A stretch of DNA of 64,000 bases from an uncultured delta proteobacterium (GTDB taxonomy: Bacteria > Bdellovibrionota > FAC87 > UBA2466), in contig CAVZSV010000005.1 in assembly GCA_963778115.1 (NCBI GenBank), positions 480,001-544,000 of the forward strand, read 5' to 3'. A program made the translations under genes and the position numbers. Each line of letters opens with the position of its first letter. Position 1 is the stretch's first letter. The notes below the pieces were generated by a model. That model ran no database searches and had not been told where the DNA came from. It saw only the letters and a list, made by a program, of their open reading frames with translations. Of this stretch, positions 20,884-31,266 are shown one piece after another.

Positions 20884-21715
20884 TAGGACTTCCTTTGTAA
20901 GCAAGAGCACACCAGTAAGGGGCATGATCGGAGAACGTGACTCGACAAAAGCCGCTCTCTAAGAGCATCTGTTTTATTTCATTCTTTGAATACCTTTTTT
21001 CCAAACGAGTTCCAAACCTGTCCAAAGCATCGTTGCGCATGACATACAGGCTCCGATCGCGATAATACGCCAGAGGCCATGACGTCGGCATTAAAGACAT
21101 CGCATCCAACATCTTTGCCAATTTGGCCATGGGCCAATAGACGGAAAACGCTATGGCTTCGGTCGCGAGCAAACGAAGGCGTTGCGGAAGTCGCGCGATC
21201 GCACATCGAATGAGATCGGTGACTTTCCAAAGGCTTCGATACCAGCTCGGCCTGTTATCGAAGTCATAATAGATATAGAGTAAGAACGGCGCGTTTGGTT
21301 TGAGACGGGATGAAATATCTTTGAGCGCTTTTTTCGTATCAGGTAAGTGATGAAGAACGCCCAAGGAGAAAGCAAAATCCAACGAATCCTCTTTCAGCTG
21401 AATTTCCTCTATGGAACCGTGATGAAAGCAGACATTAGCCAAATTACCTACGTTACGCTTGGCCACCGCTAGCGCTTGAGCACTGGCATCGATCAGATGT
21501 AGTATTCCTACTCTAGGGGCTACAAACTTTGCCCAACGGCCGGAGCCACAACCCAGATCGGCTCCCACCGACGTGGAATTGATTTCATTCCACGGGAAGA
21601 TACTGAAATATTGCTCAAACAACCTTTTGGATTCCTTATAATCAGCAGAACGCTGATCGTACTTTTTCCACTCGTAACCAAATCCAGCAACCGTAAGTTG
21701 ATCTATGTTTGACAT
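20873..21715 (-). CDS. Class I SAM-dependent methyltransferase
   Basis: DLGCGSG, SLGVLHH, LKP. Confidence 0.87.
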   Translation of the reverse strand: MSNIDQLTVAGFGYEWKKYDQRSADYKESKRLFEQYFSIFPWNEINSTSVGADLGCGSGRWAKFVAPRVGILHLIDASAQALAVAKRNVGNLANVCFHHGSIEEIQLKEDSLDFAFSLGVLHHLPDTKKALKDISSRLKPNAPFLLYIYYDFDNRPSWYRSLWKVTDLIRCAIARLPQRLRLLATEAIAFSVYWPMAKLAKMLDAMSLMPTSWPLAYYRDRSLYVMRNDALDRFGTRLEKRYSKNEIKQMLLESGFCRVTFSDHAPYWCALAYKGSPNVG

Positions 21716-22929
21716 TATCCAACCCCCACCGTGATGGGCTCTATCTTGGGCGTGCTCAATAGATCACAATAGATATCGTTCACTTCCCTAAGTAGGCGCT
21801 CAGAGGAAAACCTTTTTTTAAAGACTCTCGAAGACTCATCAATTTTTTCTCGCCAAGCCATCCTTTGCTTGTCAGAAGATGCGACCGTCAATAGTTCGAG
21901 ACGCGATCTCACTTGGACTCTTAATGCATTCTCATCCACGGGCACGAGATCGCCCCATCTTCCATTTCCCAACAGATCGCCCATTCCCCCTACCTGGGTG
22001 CTCACTACGGGAACTCCCGCTATTACGGCTTCAATAATCGACACCGAAGTCCCTTCGTTATGGGAACTACACACACACAAATCGAGATCAGGCAAATCCG
22101 GTACCGACGGAGTTCTCCATCCGCAGAAATGGATTCTCTCTGAAGACAGACTCTTTGCCAAAGCTTTGAGCTTTTCCGATTCGGCACCGTCCCCAATAAT
22201 CACCAAATGCAAATGGGGACGTTCCACCAGCAAGGGTGCCAACGCGCGTAAAAAGATATCGACCCCTTTTACCGGTACCAGCCGCCCCACAATTCCCACT
22301 ACTTCGGCACTCGCATCAATTCCCAGATCGCTGCGTAACTTAGGCGGATGTTCAAGGGCTCGACTTAGGGAATCAACGTCAAAACCAAGTTCCACGACAC
22401 TCACTTTTTCGCCCGATACTATTCCCGCCCCCACCAGATCGTTTGCTACCTGTTTCGATACAGCGATGGTACGACTTGTGAGAAGCCCTAAGCCTCTTTC
22501 CACAACGACCACAATCTTATTCACTATTCCGTGCCAATACCCTGTCAAAAGATGCCCATGGTAAGTATGAACGATCACCGGAACGCCAGTCACCCAGGCA
22601 GCCACTCGGCCTAGTAGCCCCGCCTTGAAAGTATGGGTATGTACGATATCAGGCCGTTCGCGCCAAAAAAGGCAGACCAATTGAATGAGTGCCTTTAAGT
22701 CCTTACGGAACGAAATAGGTGCTTGAAACTCTTGAATAGAACAGACCTGGGCCCCCATCGATCTGGCCCAAGGTTCCATGGAGCCTTCCGAAATGTCAGG
22801 AGTCCCTACGACTAACAGGGTCTCAAATCCGTATTTTTTAAGACCTACCGACAGATTCACCACGTGAACGGAGGGCCCTCCAATATTCAGTCGTGAGAAT
22901 AGGCGGCAGATCTTCCTTCCAGATGGCAT
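21715..22929 (-). CDS. Glycosyltransferase family 4
   Basis: RLNIGGP, DIVHTH, GRL.PVKG, EGT.VSIIEA. Confidence 0.9.
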   Translation of the reverse strand: MPSGRKICRLFSRLNIGGPSVHVVNLSVGLKKYGFETLLVVGTPDISEGSMEPWARSMGAQVCSIQEFQAPISFRKDLKALIQLVCLFWRERPDIVHTHTFKAGLLGRVAAWVTGVPVIVHTYHGHLLTGYWHGIVNKIVVVVERGLGLLTSRTIAVSKQVANDLVGAGIVSGEKVSVVELGFDVDSLSRALEHPPKLRSDLGIDASAEVVGIVGRLVPVKGVDIFLRALAPLLVERPHLHLVIIGDGAESEKLKALAKSLSSERIHFCGWRTPSVPDLPDLDLCVCSSHNEGTSVSIIEAVIAGVPVVSTQVGGMGDLLGNGRWGDLVPVDENALRVQVRSRLELLTVASSDKQRMAWREKIDESSRVFKKRFSSERLLREVNDIYCDLLSTPKIEPITVGVG

Positions 22930-24160
22930 AGATCCCCTCCCCGGAGAAAATAGCGAAGAAAAGAAACGGTAACGTGCGATGTCGGTAAATCGTACCCATG
23001 TTACTAATCACAATTGACTGTGCCAACACGAAGAAAGCGCAGAAGGTCAGAATCACCACCGTTTGGAAAGGGGCTCTACGATAAATGCGCTTCAAACCTA
23101 TAAGGGTCGGCCACGTTAGAACGTAAACTGATAGCGCTTCCACAAAGGAGACCGCTTGCACCGTATCTGAAATTTCCCAGGGAAAAGGGCCAAAAAAATA
23201 ATGGCTCAAAGAAACCGGCACGAAAGTTAAGACGTCCGTAATGGAGAAAAAATCCTGATCCAATCCGAAGGAGCTCTTAGCAACACTATCCAAGAGGCGC
23301 AGGTTCGCAAAACTCTCGCGCATCTTTTCCAACTGAGCCAAATTCTGCTCCACCAGATGGGGAAAAGCCGACTGGAAAAAGAGCAGTACGGCAATGGTCA
23401 ATATCGTAACGCAGGGAATGAAAATAATGGGATGTACCTTGCGAAGCACGAAGTAAAAAATACAAGAGGCCACGATCGCACTTACAAATAGATTGTTAAT
23501 GTATTCTCGAAGGCCTAGCACCAACCAGAATGTCAGTGCGCACCCTATGGCACAAACCACTCTTTTTCCGAAAGTGATGTCCTTGCGCCGTGAAACTGCC
23601 ACAAAAAAGAAATAGAAGAAACTCACACAGGCTAGCAAATACATGGGGTCGCGAATATTGGTGGCCGACCACATATTAAAGGATGGATAAAGGGCTAAAA
23701 GGAAAGCGGTCACACAGGCGGGTAAATACCTGGCCTGGCCTTCTCTTCCTTGAGACATGAATTCGGTTTGAAGCAAATACACCACGTAAATCGCCAGAGT
23801 GCCAAACAATGCATTCGTCAGTGTCGCTATCAGGGGCTCTTTTCCAAAGAAAGTGAACATCGCTGCCAAATAACGCTCATAGATATTAAACTTATTCATC
23901 GCCCCGTAGGTAAGGGAAGTGAAAATATCGGCGGACATCCATTTTTGAGAAAGTAACCACGACCGATACTCATAACGAATACTGTCCACGACAAAAGCGT
24001 ACTTCATTCCACCTTCCAGCCAGACGGCAAGGCTTGCGCGCAATAAGAACGCCCCTACCATGATAATGCCGGCCCATATTCTCAGCTGGAAGAACCAAAG
24101 AAATAAAATCGAAGCGAATCCGAATATCAAAAAGATCAAGGTGTAATTGACTTCTGTCAT
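22838..24160 (-). CDS. Polytopic GT-C membrane protein, probable Wzy-type polymerase
   Basis: About 11 TM helices, DS..Y, P.PW, N.GT..RHR; position in the cluster. Confidence 0.65.
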   Translation of the reverse strand: MTEVNYTLIFLIFGFASILFLWFFQLRIWAGIIMVGAFLLRASLAVWLEGGMKYAFVVDSIRYEYRSWLLSQKWMSADIFTSLTYGAMNKFNIYERYLAAMFTFFGKEPLIATLTNALFGTLAIYVVYLLQTEFMSQGREGQARYLPACVTAFLLALYPSFNMWSATNIRDPMYLLACVSFFYFFFVAVSRRKDITFGKRVVCAIGCALTFWLVLGLREYINNLFVSAIVASCIFYFVLRKVHPIIFIPCVTILTIAVLLFFQSAFPHLVEQNLAQLEKMRESFANLRLLDSVAKSSFGLDQDFFSITDVLTFVPVSLSHYFFGPFPWEISDTVQAVSFVEALSVYVLTWPTLIGLKRIYRRAPFQTVVILTFCAFFVLAQSIVISNMGTIYRHRTLPFLFFAIFSGEGIYAIWKEDLPPILTTEYWRALRSRGESVGRS

Positions 24161-26379
24161 ACGCCTAGCTCCGCGACGGGGGCAGCCATTATCTGTCGAT
24201 AAATTTCAGAAATCTTAGCTCCAATCACGCGACTGGAGAAACGGATTTCGATACTTTTTCTGGCACTTTCGCCTAACGCTCCCCCTAACGAGAAACCCGC
24301 CTGCCTGTCGCGAGCCAGAATGGACAGCTTATCCGCCAGATCCTTTATGTCCCCTTGCCGAAAACAGAGCCCATTGACCCTATCTTCAACTAAAGATCGG
24401 TTGGGCACGATATCGCTGACCACACAAGGAATTCCATAAGAAAGCGCTTCCAAAAGTGCATTCGACATTCCTTCGGAGACCGAAGGCAATACAAAGACAT
24501 CTGCCGAAAGGTAAAAGGGAGCTACCTGCTTCTGATTTCCATGAAAAATAACTCGAGTGTCGGACTCGACAGAACTCGCTAATCTCTTGAGTGACTCGGT
24601 CACATCGCGGCCGCCGTAACTGCCCCCAACCAGGTGCACTTCACACGCCAAGCCAGATCGCCCTACTTGGGCTGCCGCTTCGATCAGATCGGAAAGACAC
24701 TTTTCACTGCTTAGCCGACCACAATACAAGATTCGAAAAGGGGCATCGAAATCCTTTTTCAGAGTTCTTTCTGCGTTTAAATTAGGCAACTCGACTCCAT
24801 TAGGAACCAGTGCGATTCGCTGGGGATCAAACCCGAGATCTAGCATTTCCAATCGCATCTCCTCAGAAAGAACTATCAAGCGATCGATATGTTTAAACGC
24901 CATACGGCGAAGACGGAAAAAGGGAAGTTTTTTTAGTTCCCTAGATTCTCCCAAAAATCCACTTGCTGTCACTTTCACCACAAGCGCCTTACCCAATAAG
25001 AGTTTGGCAGCGACTCCGATAAGAGTCGGGGAATAAAGTTGATGAGCGTGAAGAACGGATATGCGGTGCCGATGACGACAGATCTGGACAAATCCCGCAA
25101 TGATGAACACGATGCCCCGAATCCTATGCGCAAACGAGGAGTCTGGGTGCCAGTTAGCGAAAGGATTCGGTGTCGAAAGAAAGTCCACATGCGACCATTC
25201 GGCAGGGGTTTTCTTCAATCGATCTTGCCGCTGCAATAGAAATACCCGGTATCCCAATCGGGTCAATTCTCGAGACTGCAACCATATTTGACGTTGCAAT
25301 CCTCCTGTCGAATGAGTCACGACCGGACATATCATGCACACTCCGGGCCGAACCGATCTCTCAAGAAGCGCTCGATACTTTTCGACCATGACACCTATCT
25401 TAAGACGGCCCGAATAATATTGGAGCCCCAAATGAGAACGTTTTTTTCCTGGACCCGTATCTTTAGAAATTTCGAGAATCGCCTCTGTCAAAGATTTTAC
25501 AATGGCTTCACCTCTGGGGACTAAAACCCCAAAAGAGCCATTCCCCAAGACATCAGAGTTGGCGCCCACCGCCGTCGCCACAATGGGCAGTGAAAACTGC
25601 ATCGCCTCTAGAACCGCCATTCCGAAGCTCTCCGTTTTGGCGGGATTCACATACATGTCCAACGAGGCCAAGAAATTGTCGATATCTTCGACAAAACCGC
25701 AGAACTCAATATTGTCTTGCAACTGCAATTTCCGAGTAAGTGAAATCAGCGACTTCAATTCAGGACCGTCGCCGGCTATCCGCAGTGTCGCTTCAGGAAG
25801 GACCTGAGTAACGGCCTTCATGGCCAAGATAAGGTCATCTAAACCTTTCTCCGACCGTAGCATGGCAACCGAACCTATGGTGAAGGGACGGTTTTTTCTA
25901 GCGTGGCAAACAGACGTCTTGTCTTTGAGCTCCAGAGCATTTTCGATCATCTCGGCATTGGGATATTTGCGAATCCCCTTATAAGTTTGACGACTTACTG
26001 CCACCAAATGATCAGCGGTAGGAAAGATGCAATGCTCATCCAAAATTCTTTTCACCAAAGGCCATTTTTGCCCCTGATACGAACAATAATGAACGGTGTG
26101 GATCCAAACGAAGGTTTTATCAAAAATTCTGCGGAGTCGGACTACAAGACCAGGAAGAAAAAGGTGCGAATGAATAACATCGTAACGACCAAAGAGGATC
26201 GCAAATAGCCCTCGCTGCCGAACAGCAATGGGTAAAGGAGGCTCTCTTCCGCTTAGGGAAGCTACCTCGATCACATGCGAATGGCTGCTTGATTCCTTTA
26301 GGGACTTAACGATTTCGACAACAACACGCTCGGCTCCCGCCATTCGTGTCGTGCGCATCGCAAACAAACAAGTTGCCAC
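24157..26379 (-). CDS. Tandem double GT4 glycosyltransferase
   Basis: Two complete GT-B units (ESFGMAVLEA; EGMSNALLEA). Confidence 0.85.
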   Translation of the reverse strand: MATCLFAMRTTRMAGAERVVVEIVKSLKESSSHSHVIEVASLSGREPPLPIAVRQRGLFAILFGRYDVIHSHLFLPGLVVRLRRIFDKTFVWIHTVHYCSYQGQKWPLVKRILDEHCIFPTADHLVAVSRQTYKGIRKYPNAEMIENALELKDKTSVCHARKNRPFTIGSVAMLRSEKGLDDLILAMKAVTQVLPEATLRIAGDGPELKSLISLTRKLQLQDNIEFCGFVEDIDNFLASLDMYVNPAKTESFGMAVLEAMQFSLPIVATAVGANSDVLGNGSFGVLVPRGEAIVKSLTEAILEISKDTGPGKKRSHLGLQYYSGRLKIGVMVEKYRALLERSVRPGVCMICPVVTHSTGGLQRQIWLQSRELTRLGYRVFLLQRQDRLKKTPAEWSHVDFLSTPNPFANWHPDSSFAHRIRGIVFIIAGFVQICRHRHRISVLHAHQLYSPTLIGVAAKLLLGKALVVKVTASGFLGESRELKKLPFFRLRRMAFKHIDRLIVLSEEMRLEMLDLGFDPQRIALVPNGVELPNLNAERTLKKDFDAPFRILYCGRLSSEKCLSDLIEAAAQVGRSGLACEVHLVGGSYGGRDVTESLKRLASSVESDTRVIFHGNQKQVAPFYLSADVFVLPSVSEGMSNALLEALSYGIPCVVSDIVPNRSLVEDRVNGLCFRQGDIKDLADKLSILARDRQAGFSLGGALGESARKSIEIRFSSRVIGAKISEIYRQIMAAPVAELGV

Positions 26380-26382
26380 CAG

Positions 26383-27948
26383 TTACGCTCCAAAACCAGG
26401 CGCATGCGGATGACCTAAAGGTGAAAGTACTGTGCCGTTATCCGTTGCCATCTCGGGCTCTCGTTTTTGTTTCGCCGCCCGAATCAAGGCCTGAGCTCTC
26501 ATCTCACACCACATCAAAAAGACAATCGATACGAATAGAGCCATCAACAGACAAACCGTATAAACCAATACCAACATCGGACGACGCGAGGTCGGATCCG
26601 GAAGGGCCGGCTGAATCACACGCAGACGTGCCGAATTCAGATTCGACTGCACATGAAGTTGGGCGCCCAGTCTATTTAGTTCGGCTATCAAATTGCGATA
26701 TTCTACTTCGGATGCCATTAGATCTTTTTGAAGATCGGATACCTCTCTACCAGATGGACCACTTTCGTGTTTTTCAATCTGCTCTTTCATGCGATCCGCT
26801 TGGGTCGCCAATTCGGCATATTCAGCTTGACGCTGTTCATACAATTGATGCGACAGGCGGAAAGCTTGGGCTTGAATATCGGCGCGACGTGTCGCCGTAT
26901 CCACACTAGGATGGGTACTTCCTTCATCCTGCAGCGCTTTATCTACCACTCTTAGATCTTGGATCTCAGGGATCGAAATTGCCCAAAGGCGATCCAAGGA
27001 TTCTGTCGCCTCCGCTTTTTGCAACTCTTCTAATTCCTTTTGAATGCGAAGCCGCTTGATTTCGTTTTCAGAAATGGCCTCCGCTAATTTGGCATCGATT
27101 CTGTTGGTCGCATCACTTAAGGGAGCCATGGTGAGAGTCGCCAATTGACTCTTCACATCCTCCATCTTTCGGTTAATGTCTGCGGTAGTGAGCTGGAGCC
27201 ACTGATTGACCCGACTCAAGTGTTCGACATTGAGATTTTTGATCTCGTTTTCTAGATAATCCCAGTAAAGGTTCGTAATTTCAGACGCAATTTGAGGATC
27301 ATTGGCGTAACCCTGTACCACTAGCAATTCAGAACCTTCTGCATAGAAGGTCTCCGCTCGCACCACCGAGGGCTCAAGCTGTGTTCCTGTATGAGGCTGA
27401 GAGTTATATTGCGCAAGAACCCACTGCCGCGCCGGTTCACCCCGAAGACGACGAGCAATAAGGCCCAGTGGAACTTTTAAATCGACGGGAAAGGATGCAA
27501 ATTCAAGCCGATTCGAGAATAGTGGTATTCGAGAAGCGATATCATTAGGCTTTTCAGGCGCGTACAAATGGAGTGTCGAATAATACGTCGACGTTATAAA
27601 TTGCGCCAAAAAGCAGCTCACTACCAGAGTCACGTAAAAGGAAACTTGGACACCGAATTTGTGTCGTCGGATGGCATCTTTAATGGATTGCCAGGACGAG
27701 TACCAGATCGGTACGGCGGCTAGGATCTTTTCCCTAAAAAGATTCGGATCCATAACTAGCTCTTTAGCCGCTCCTCCCGGGGTCGGAGGCGTTCCCCCCG
27801 TCGGCGAAGTCACCGTCTCAGAGGGGCTGTCCCAAGGACGCCTTACCGAGTCTCGACTCACCCGATTCGTTATCGCTGATTCAAACTGCTCTTTCTCCCC
27901 AGCGATTTCCTTAGCGTACTTCTTCATGAGGTCTTCAATGTTCGGCAT
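26383..27948 (-). CDS. Polysaccharide co-polymerase (GumC/Wzc-N-like), no kinase domain
   Basis: Two TM helices flanking long coiled coils; RVIQPA.P.P before TM2; short tail with no Tyr cluster. Confidence 0.7.
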   Translation of the reverse strand: MPNIEDLMKKYAKEIAGEKEQFESAITNRVSRDSVRRPWDSPSETVTSPTGGTPPTPGGAAKELVMDPNLFREKILAAVPIWYSSWQSIKDAIRRHKFGVQVSFYVTLVVSCFLAQFITSTYYSTLHLYAPEKPNDIASRIPLFSNRLEFASFPVDLKVPLGLIARRLRGEPARQWVLAQYNSQPHTGTQLEPSVVRAETFYAEGSELLVVQGYANDPQIASEITNLYWDYLENEIKNLNVEHLSRVNQWLQLTTADINRKMEDVKSQLATLTMAPLSDATNRIDAKLAEAISENEIKRLRIQKELEELQKAEATESLDRLWAISIPEIQDLRVVDKALQDEGSTHPSVDTATRRADIQAQAFRLSHQLYEQRQAEYAELATQADRMKEQIEKHESGPSGREVSDLQKDLMASEVEYRNLIAELNRLGAQLHVQSNLNSARLRVIQPALPDPTSRRPMLVLVYTVCLLMALFVSIVFLMWCEMRAQALIRAAKQKREPEMATDNGTVLSPLGHPHAPGFGA

Positions 27949-28939
27949 TGGAGCCCCCTCCATTCAATGGTACGTGCATTACTTCACGTACCAGGCCATC
28001 GAAATCGTCCTTTGCTCGAGACTTGATTTTGCCAAACAAATCGCGTTTCAGAGTCAGAGACAACTTGATCTCAGATGATTGCCGAATGGCAGACTGCATC
28101 ATCAAAGGACGATATTTATCCGCTAAATGCCCGAGATATAGAAACGACAGTTTCTCAACCGGGTTGAATCTATTCAACAAAATTCTAATATCCGTCTTAA
28201 AGTTAAAGCGACGTTGCAATTCTAATATTTCGCTTATGGTCAAATTTAAACCATTCCTCGAAAATTCATCGAGTTGAATGGGAAGCAATACCAAATTTGA
28301 CGCACGCACTGCCGAAGCATTCACCAAATTAAGTGAGGGTGCGCAATCCATGACAATGTAATTGTAAGCGTCACCTACAACTTTAAGAACACTATCTAAT
28401 TCCAATAACGACGTGGGATTTCTTTCAAGCATTTTGCGTTCAAGCAGAGAGTTCACAGCGGTCGAAGGAATTAGATGTAGATGTTCGCTCAAAGGTAATA
28501 TCGCCCCCGTTGGCGAACACTGTCCGGTAAGCATGTCCAGCAAAACTGCCGACGATTCGGATACGTTGAAGCCGTAGTTTTCTGGATGTAACGCTGATGT
28601 GAGATTGGCTTGAGGATCCGCATCAATAAACAGAACCTTTGCTCCGTAACTAGCAAGACGAAGTCCCAGAAAATAAGCTGTGGTTGTCTTGCCGACACCA
28701 CCTTTGCACATCATGCAGGCAATACGCATGGCGGGCGTCGGGAAAACGTGTCCCGACGCTTCCAAAACATACCTAGCCTGCGCGTCAAACACAGAGAGAT
28801 CTATTTCTTGTCCTTTACGTCGAGCGCGAGGAACTATATTTTCCTTCGCGCAAAACGATTCCATCTCTTCTTGTGATTGATTAAGCAGCTTTCTAAGATC
28901 TTCAAGCCTCACCCAGTGGCGAAACTCTTTCGAACTCAT
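27935..28939 (-). CDS. parA: ParA/Soj-family ATPase with N-terminal extension
   Basis: KGGVGKTT deviant Walker A, DADPQAN, DCAPS. Confidence 0.85.
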   Translation of the reverse strand: MSSKEFRHWVRLEDLRKLLNQSQEEMESFCAKENIVPRARRKGQEIDLSVFDAQARYVLEASGHVFPTPAMRIACMMCKGGVGKTTTAYFLGLRLASYGAKVLFIDADPQANLTSALHPENYGFNVSESSAVLLDMLTGQCSPTGAILPLSEHLHLIPSTAVNSLLERKMLERNPTSLLELDSVLKVVGDAYNYIVMDCAPSLNLVNASAVRASNLVLLPIQLDEFSRNGLNLTISEILELQRRFNFKTDIRILLNRFNPVEKLSFLYLGHLADKYRPLMMQSAIRQSSEIKLSLTLKRDLFGKIKSRAKDDFDGLVREVMHVPLNGGGSNAEH

Positions 28940-29169
28940 GATAAGCACCCCGAGGAAAATTAAACTGCACATAAATCAAGTTGTCGAGCAAATTGAAAAA
29001 AAAAACTTGCCAACACATCCTCAAATACGAGAGTCTGAGCGACTTTTTTTTTGCGTTTCTCCTCTGAACAGGCCGCGAAATCCGATCCAAAAATGGTTTT
29101 TATTGCCAGAACGGCAATAAGTGAGGAAAATATCATCATCTTATTTCTATCCATACAGACGGGGGACTC

Positions 29170-30213
29170 ATGAAAGCTCTTTTGACGGGTGGTGCCGGCT
29201 TTATCGGATCGCACCTTACCGGAAATTTGTTAACGCACGATTTTAAAGTCGATTGCGTTGACGACCTGTCGACGGGTTGTTTGGAAAATCTAGAAGGCTG
29301 GAAAAATCATCCAGGCTTTCGATTCTTCGAAGGGCGAGCGGAAGACGAGAGTCTGATGGAGCCCTTGGTGGAACAGGCCGATGTTATCTATCACTTAGCC
29401 GCTTCGGTAGGTGTTAAGAACATCATGTCCAATACCGTTCACTCCATCGAAAACAATCTATCGGGAACTTTAGTAAACCTTAAGCTTGCTCATAAATACG
29501 GAAAGCGAATTTTCATCTTTTCCACGTCTGAGGTTTACGGCAAGACCAGTCGTTTCCCCTTTGAGGAAGAGGACGACGTCGTGCTTGGACCTGTTAGCAA
29601 GATCCGTTGGTCCTATGCCGCTGCAAAATTGGTCGATGACTATCTTGCGAGAGCCTACTTTTATGAGAAGCAAACCAAAGTAACCATGGTTCGCCTCTTT
29701 AATACAATCGGGACCGGCCAGGTGGGACATTATGGAATGGTGGTTCCGCGCTTTTTTGAACAAGCGCGTAGTAATCAAGCCATCACCATCTATGGAGATG
29801 GAAGCCAAACCCGCTGCTTTACCGATGTCAGAGATGTCGTCGAAGTCCTGCGCCGCTTAATCAACGAACCTAAGTCTCACGGGGAACTTATTAATGTAGG
29901 TAGCACCGAAGAGCTTAGCATTTTGCAGTTGGCAGAAAAAATTCGTCTCATCACGCAATCTCAGTCTGACATGAAATTCATTCCCTTTGAAACCGTATAC
30001 GGTCCACACTTCGAAGACATGAAACGGCGCGTTCCCAATGTTTCGAAACTAAAGGCCATCACTCAATTCCAATTTAAATATGGTTTGAACGAAACACTGT
30101 CCTGGATTCAAAGACAACACCAAAGTACGACGGCTGAAATCGCAAGCGTTATGGATCCAGAAATTGTCATTAAACCTGTTTCCTTCTCCGATGGCTTAGG
30201 AGTCGACAACTAA
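29170..30213 (+). CDS. NAD-dependent nucleotide-sugar epimerase/dehydratase (UDP-glucuronate decarboxylase-like)
   Basis: TGGAGFIG, STSEVYG, YAAAK, RLFNT.G. Confidence 0.88.
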   Translation: MKALLTGGAGFIGSHLTGNLLTHDFKVDCVDDLSTGCLENLEGWKNHPGFRFFEGRAEDESLMEPLVEQADVIYHLAASVGVKNIMSNTVHSIENNLSGTLVNLKLAHKYGKRIFIFSTSEVYGKTSRFPFEEEDDVVLGPVSKIRWSYAAAKLVDDYLARAYFYEKQTKVTMVRLFNTIGTGQVGHYGMVVPRFFEQARSNQAITIYGDGSQTRCFTDVRDVVEVLRRLINEPKSHGELINVGSTEELSILQLAEKIRLITQSQSDMKFIPFETVYGPHFEDMKRRVPNVSKLKAITQFQFKYGLNETLSWIQRQHQSTTAEIASVMDPEIVIKPVSFSDGLGVDN

Positions 30214-31149
30214 ATGTCACTTCAAGTTATCACGGTCTTTCTTTTATTGGTGCCCGTCCTGACATCGGCTTTTTTGACTGTCGGAATAGAGGGTATTTGC
30301 CACCGGCTAAATCTCTTCGATCTGCCTGGAGAAAGAAAGATGCAGGTACTTCCGGTGCCAAGGTTGGGGGGAGCGGCTTTTTTCATCACTTCGGTAATCT
30401 TTGCAGCGTTATTCTCACTAGGAACCACATTCACTCACATGATGGGAGCTTTCGTCGTCTTTGTCGGAGGATTCATTGACGACGTCTACCCCCGCAATTC
30501 AGTTAAGGGAAAACTACTCTTCCAAATACCTGCAGCCATTATTTTTGCGTACGGCTGCCCCATCGAATTTTTAGTAAATCACGCTTGGCAAGCGATCCTC
30601 TTAAGAGTGGCACTTTTTGGGTTTGTCTTTTTCATGACCAACGCTACAAACCTGATGGACAACATGGACGGGCTGGCGGCCGGAACTTCTGTCATCATTT
30701 TGGCCACCTTGTCAGCCCTCGGACTTTTTCAGGCTCACGATCTTACTTTTTCGCTGCTAGGGCTACTGGTAGCCGCTGCGACATTGGGATTTCTCCTTAG
30801 AAACTTTCCTTCGGGAAAGATCTATATGGGAGACCAAGGGAGTCAATTTCTCGGCTACTTCACCTCCTCTTACGCTATTTTACTTTTCATAAAATGCGCA
30901 AAGCTTGATCCAAAACTTGGTGTCATGAGCTTTGTCATTCCTGCAGCCATTCTTTTTGGTCTTTTTCTTTACGACGTTAGTTTAGTCGTTGCGATTCGCG
31001 TTTCAGAAGGACGCTCGCCTTTCGTAGGCGATCAATGCCATGTTTCGCACCAGTTGGTGCGACGCGGCTTTTCACCAAGAATTGCGGTCCTCATCCTTCT
31101 GATGATTCAAATGGGATTGAGTATCCTGGCGTTTCGTTTATTTCCTTAA
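30214..31149 (+). CDS. wecA: MraY/WecA-family polyprenyl-phosphate HexNAc-1-P transferase
   Basis: PRLGG, DD, N.MDNMDGL, YMGD.GS, D..H.SH. Confidence 0.85.
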   Translation: MSLQVITVFLLLVPVLTSAFLTVGIEGICHRLNLFDLPGERKMQVLPVPRLGGAAFFITSVIFAALFSLGTTFTHMMGAFVVFVGGFIDDVYPRNSVKGKLLFQIPAAIIFAYGCPIEFLVNHAWQAILLRVALFGFVFFMTNATNLMDNMDGLAAGTSVIILATLSALGLFQAHDLTFSLLGLLVAAATLGFLLRNFPSGKIYMGDQGSQFLGYFTSSYAILLFIKCAKLDPKLGVMSFVIPAAILFGLFLYDVSLVVAIRVSEGRSPFVGDQCHVSHQLVRRGFSPRIAVLILLMIQMGLSILAFRLFP

Positions 31150-31266
31150 TTAGCTTTCGCACAAAAATCTCTGCCTTCCTTTACCCATTCTTCATTTTTT
31201 CAGTAATGCTCCTCGGCTAAACTACCGATGAGAGAGGAAACGCTTTGATTTCAGGAGGAAGTCGCG

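Noticed and set aside
21869..22564. 231-aa antisense ORF and the many other shadow ORFs in the track
   Set aside because: They lie opposite or inside well-supported genes and show no motifs.
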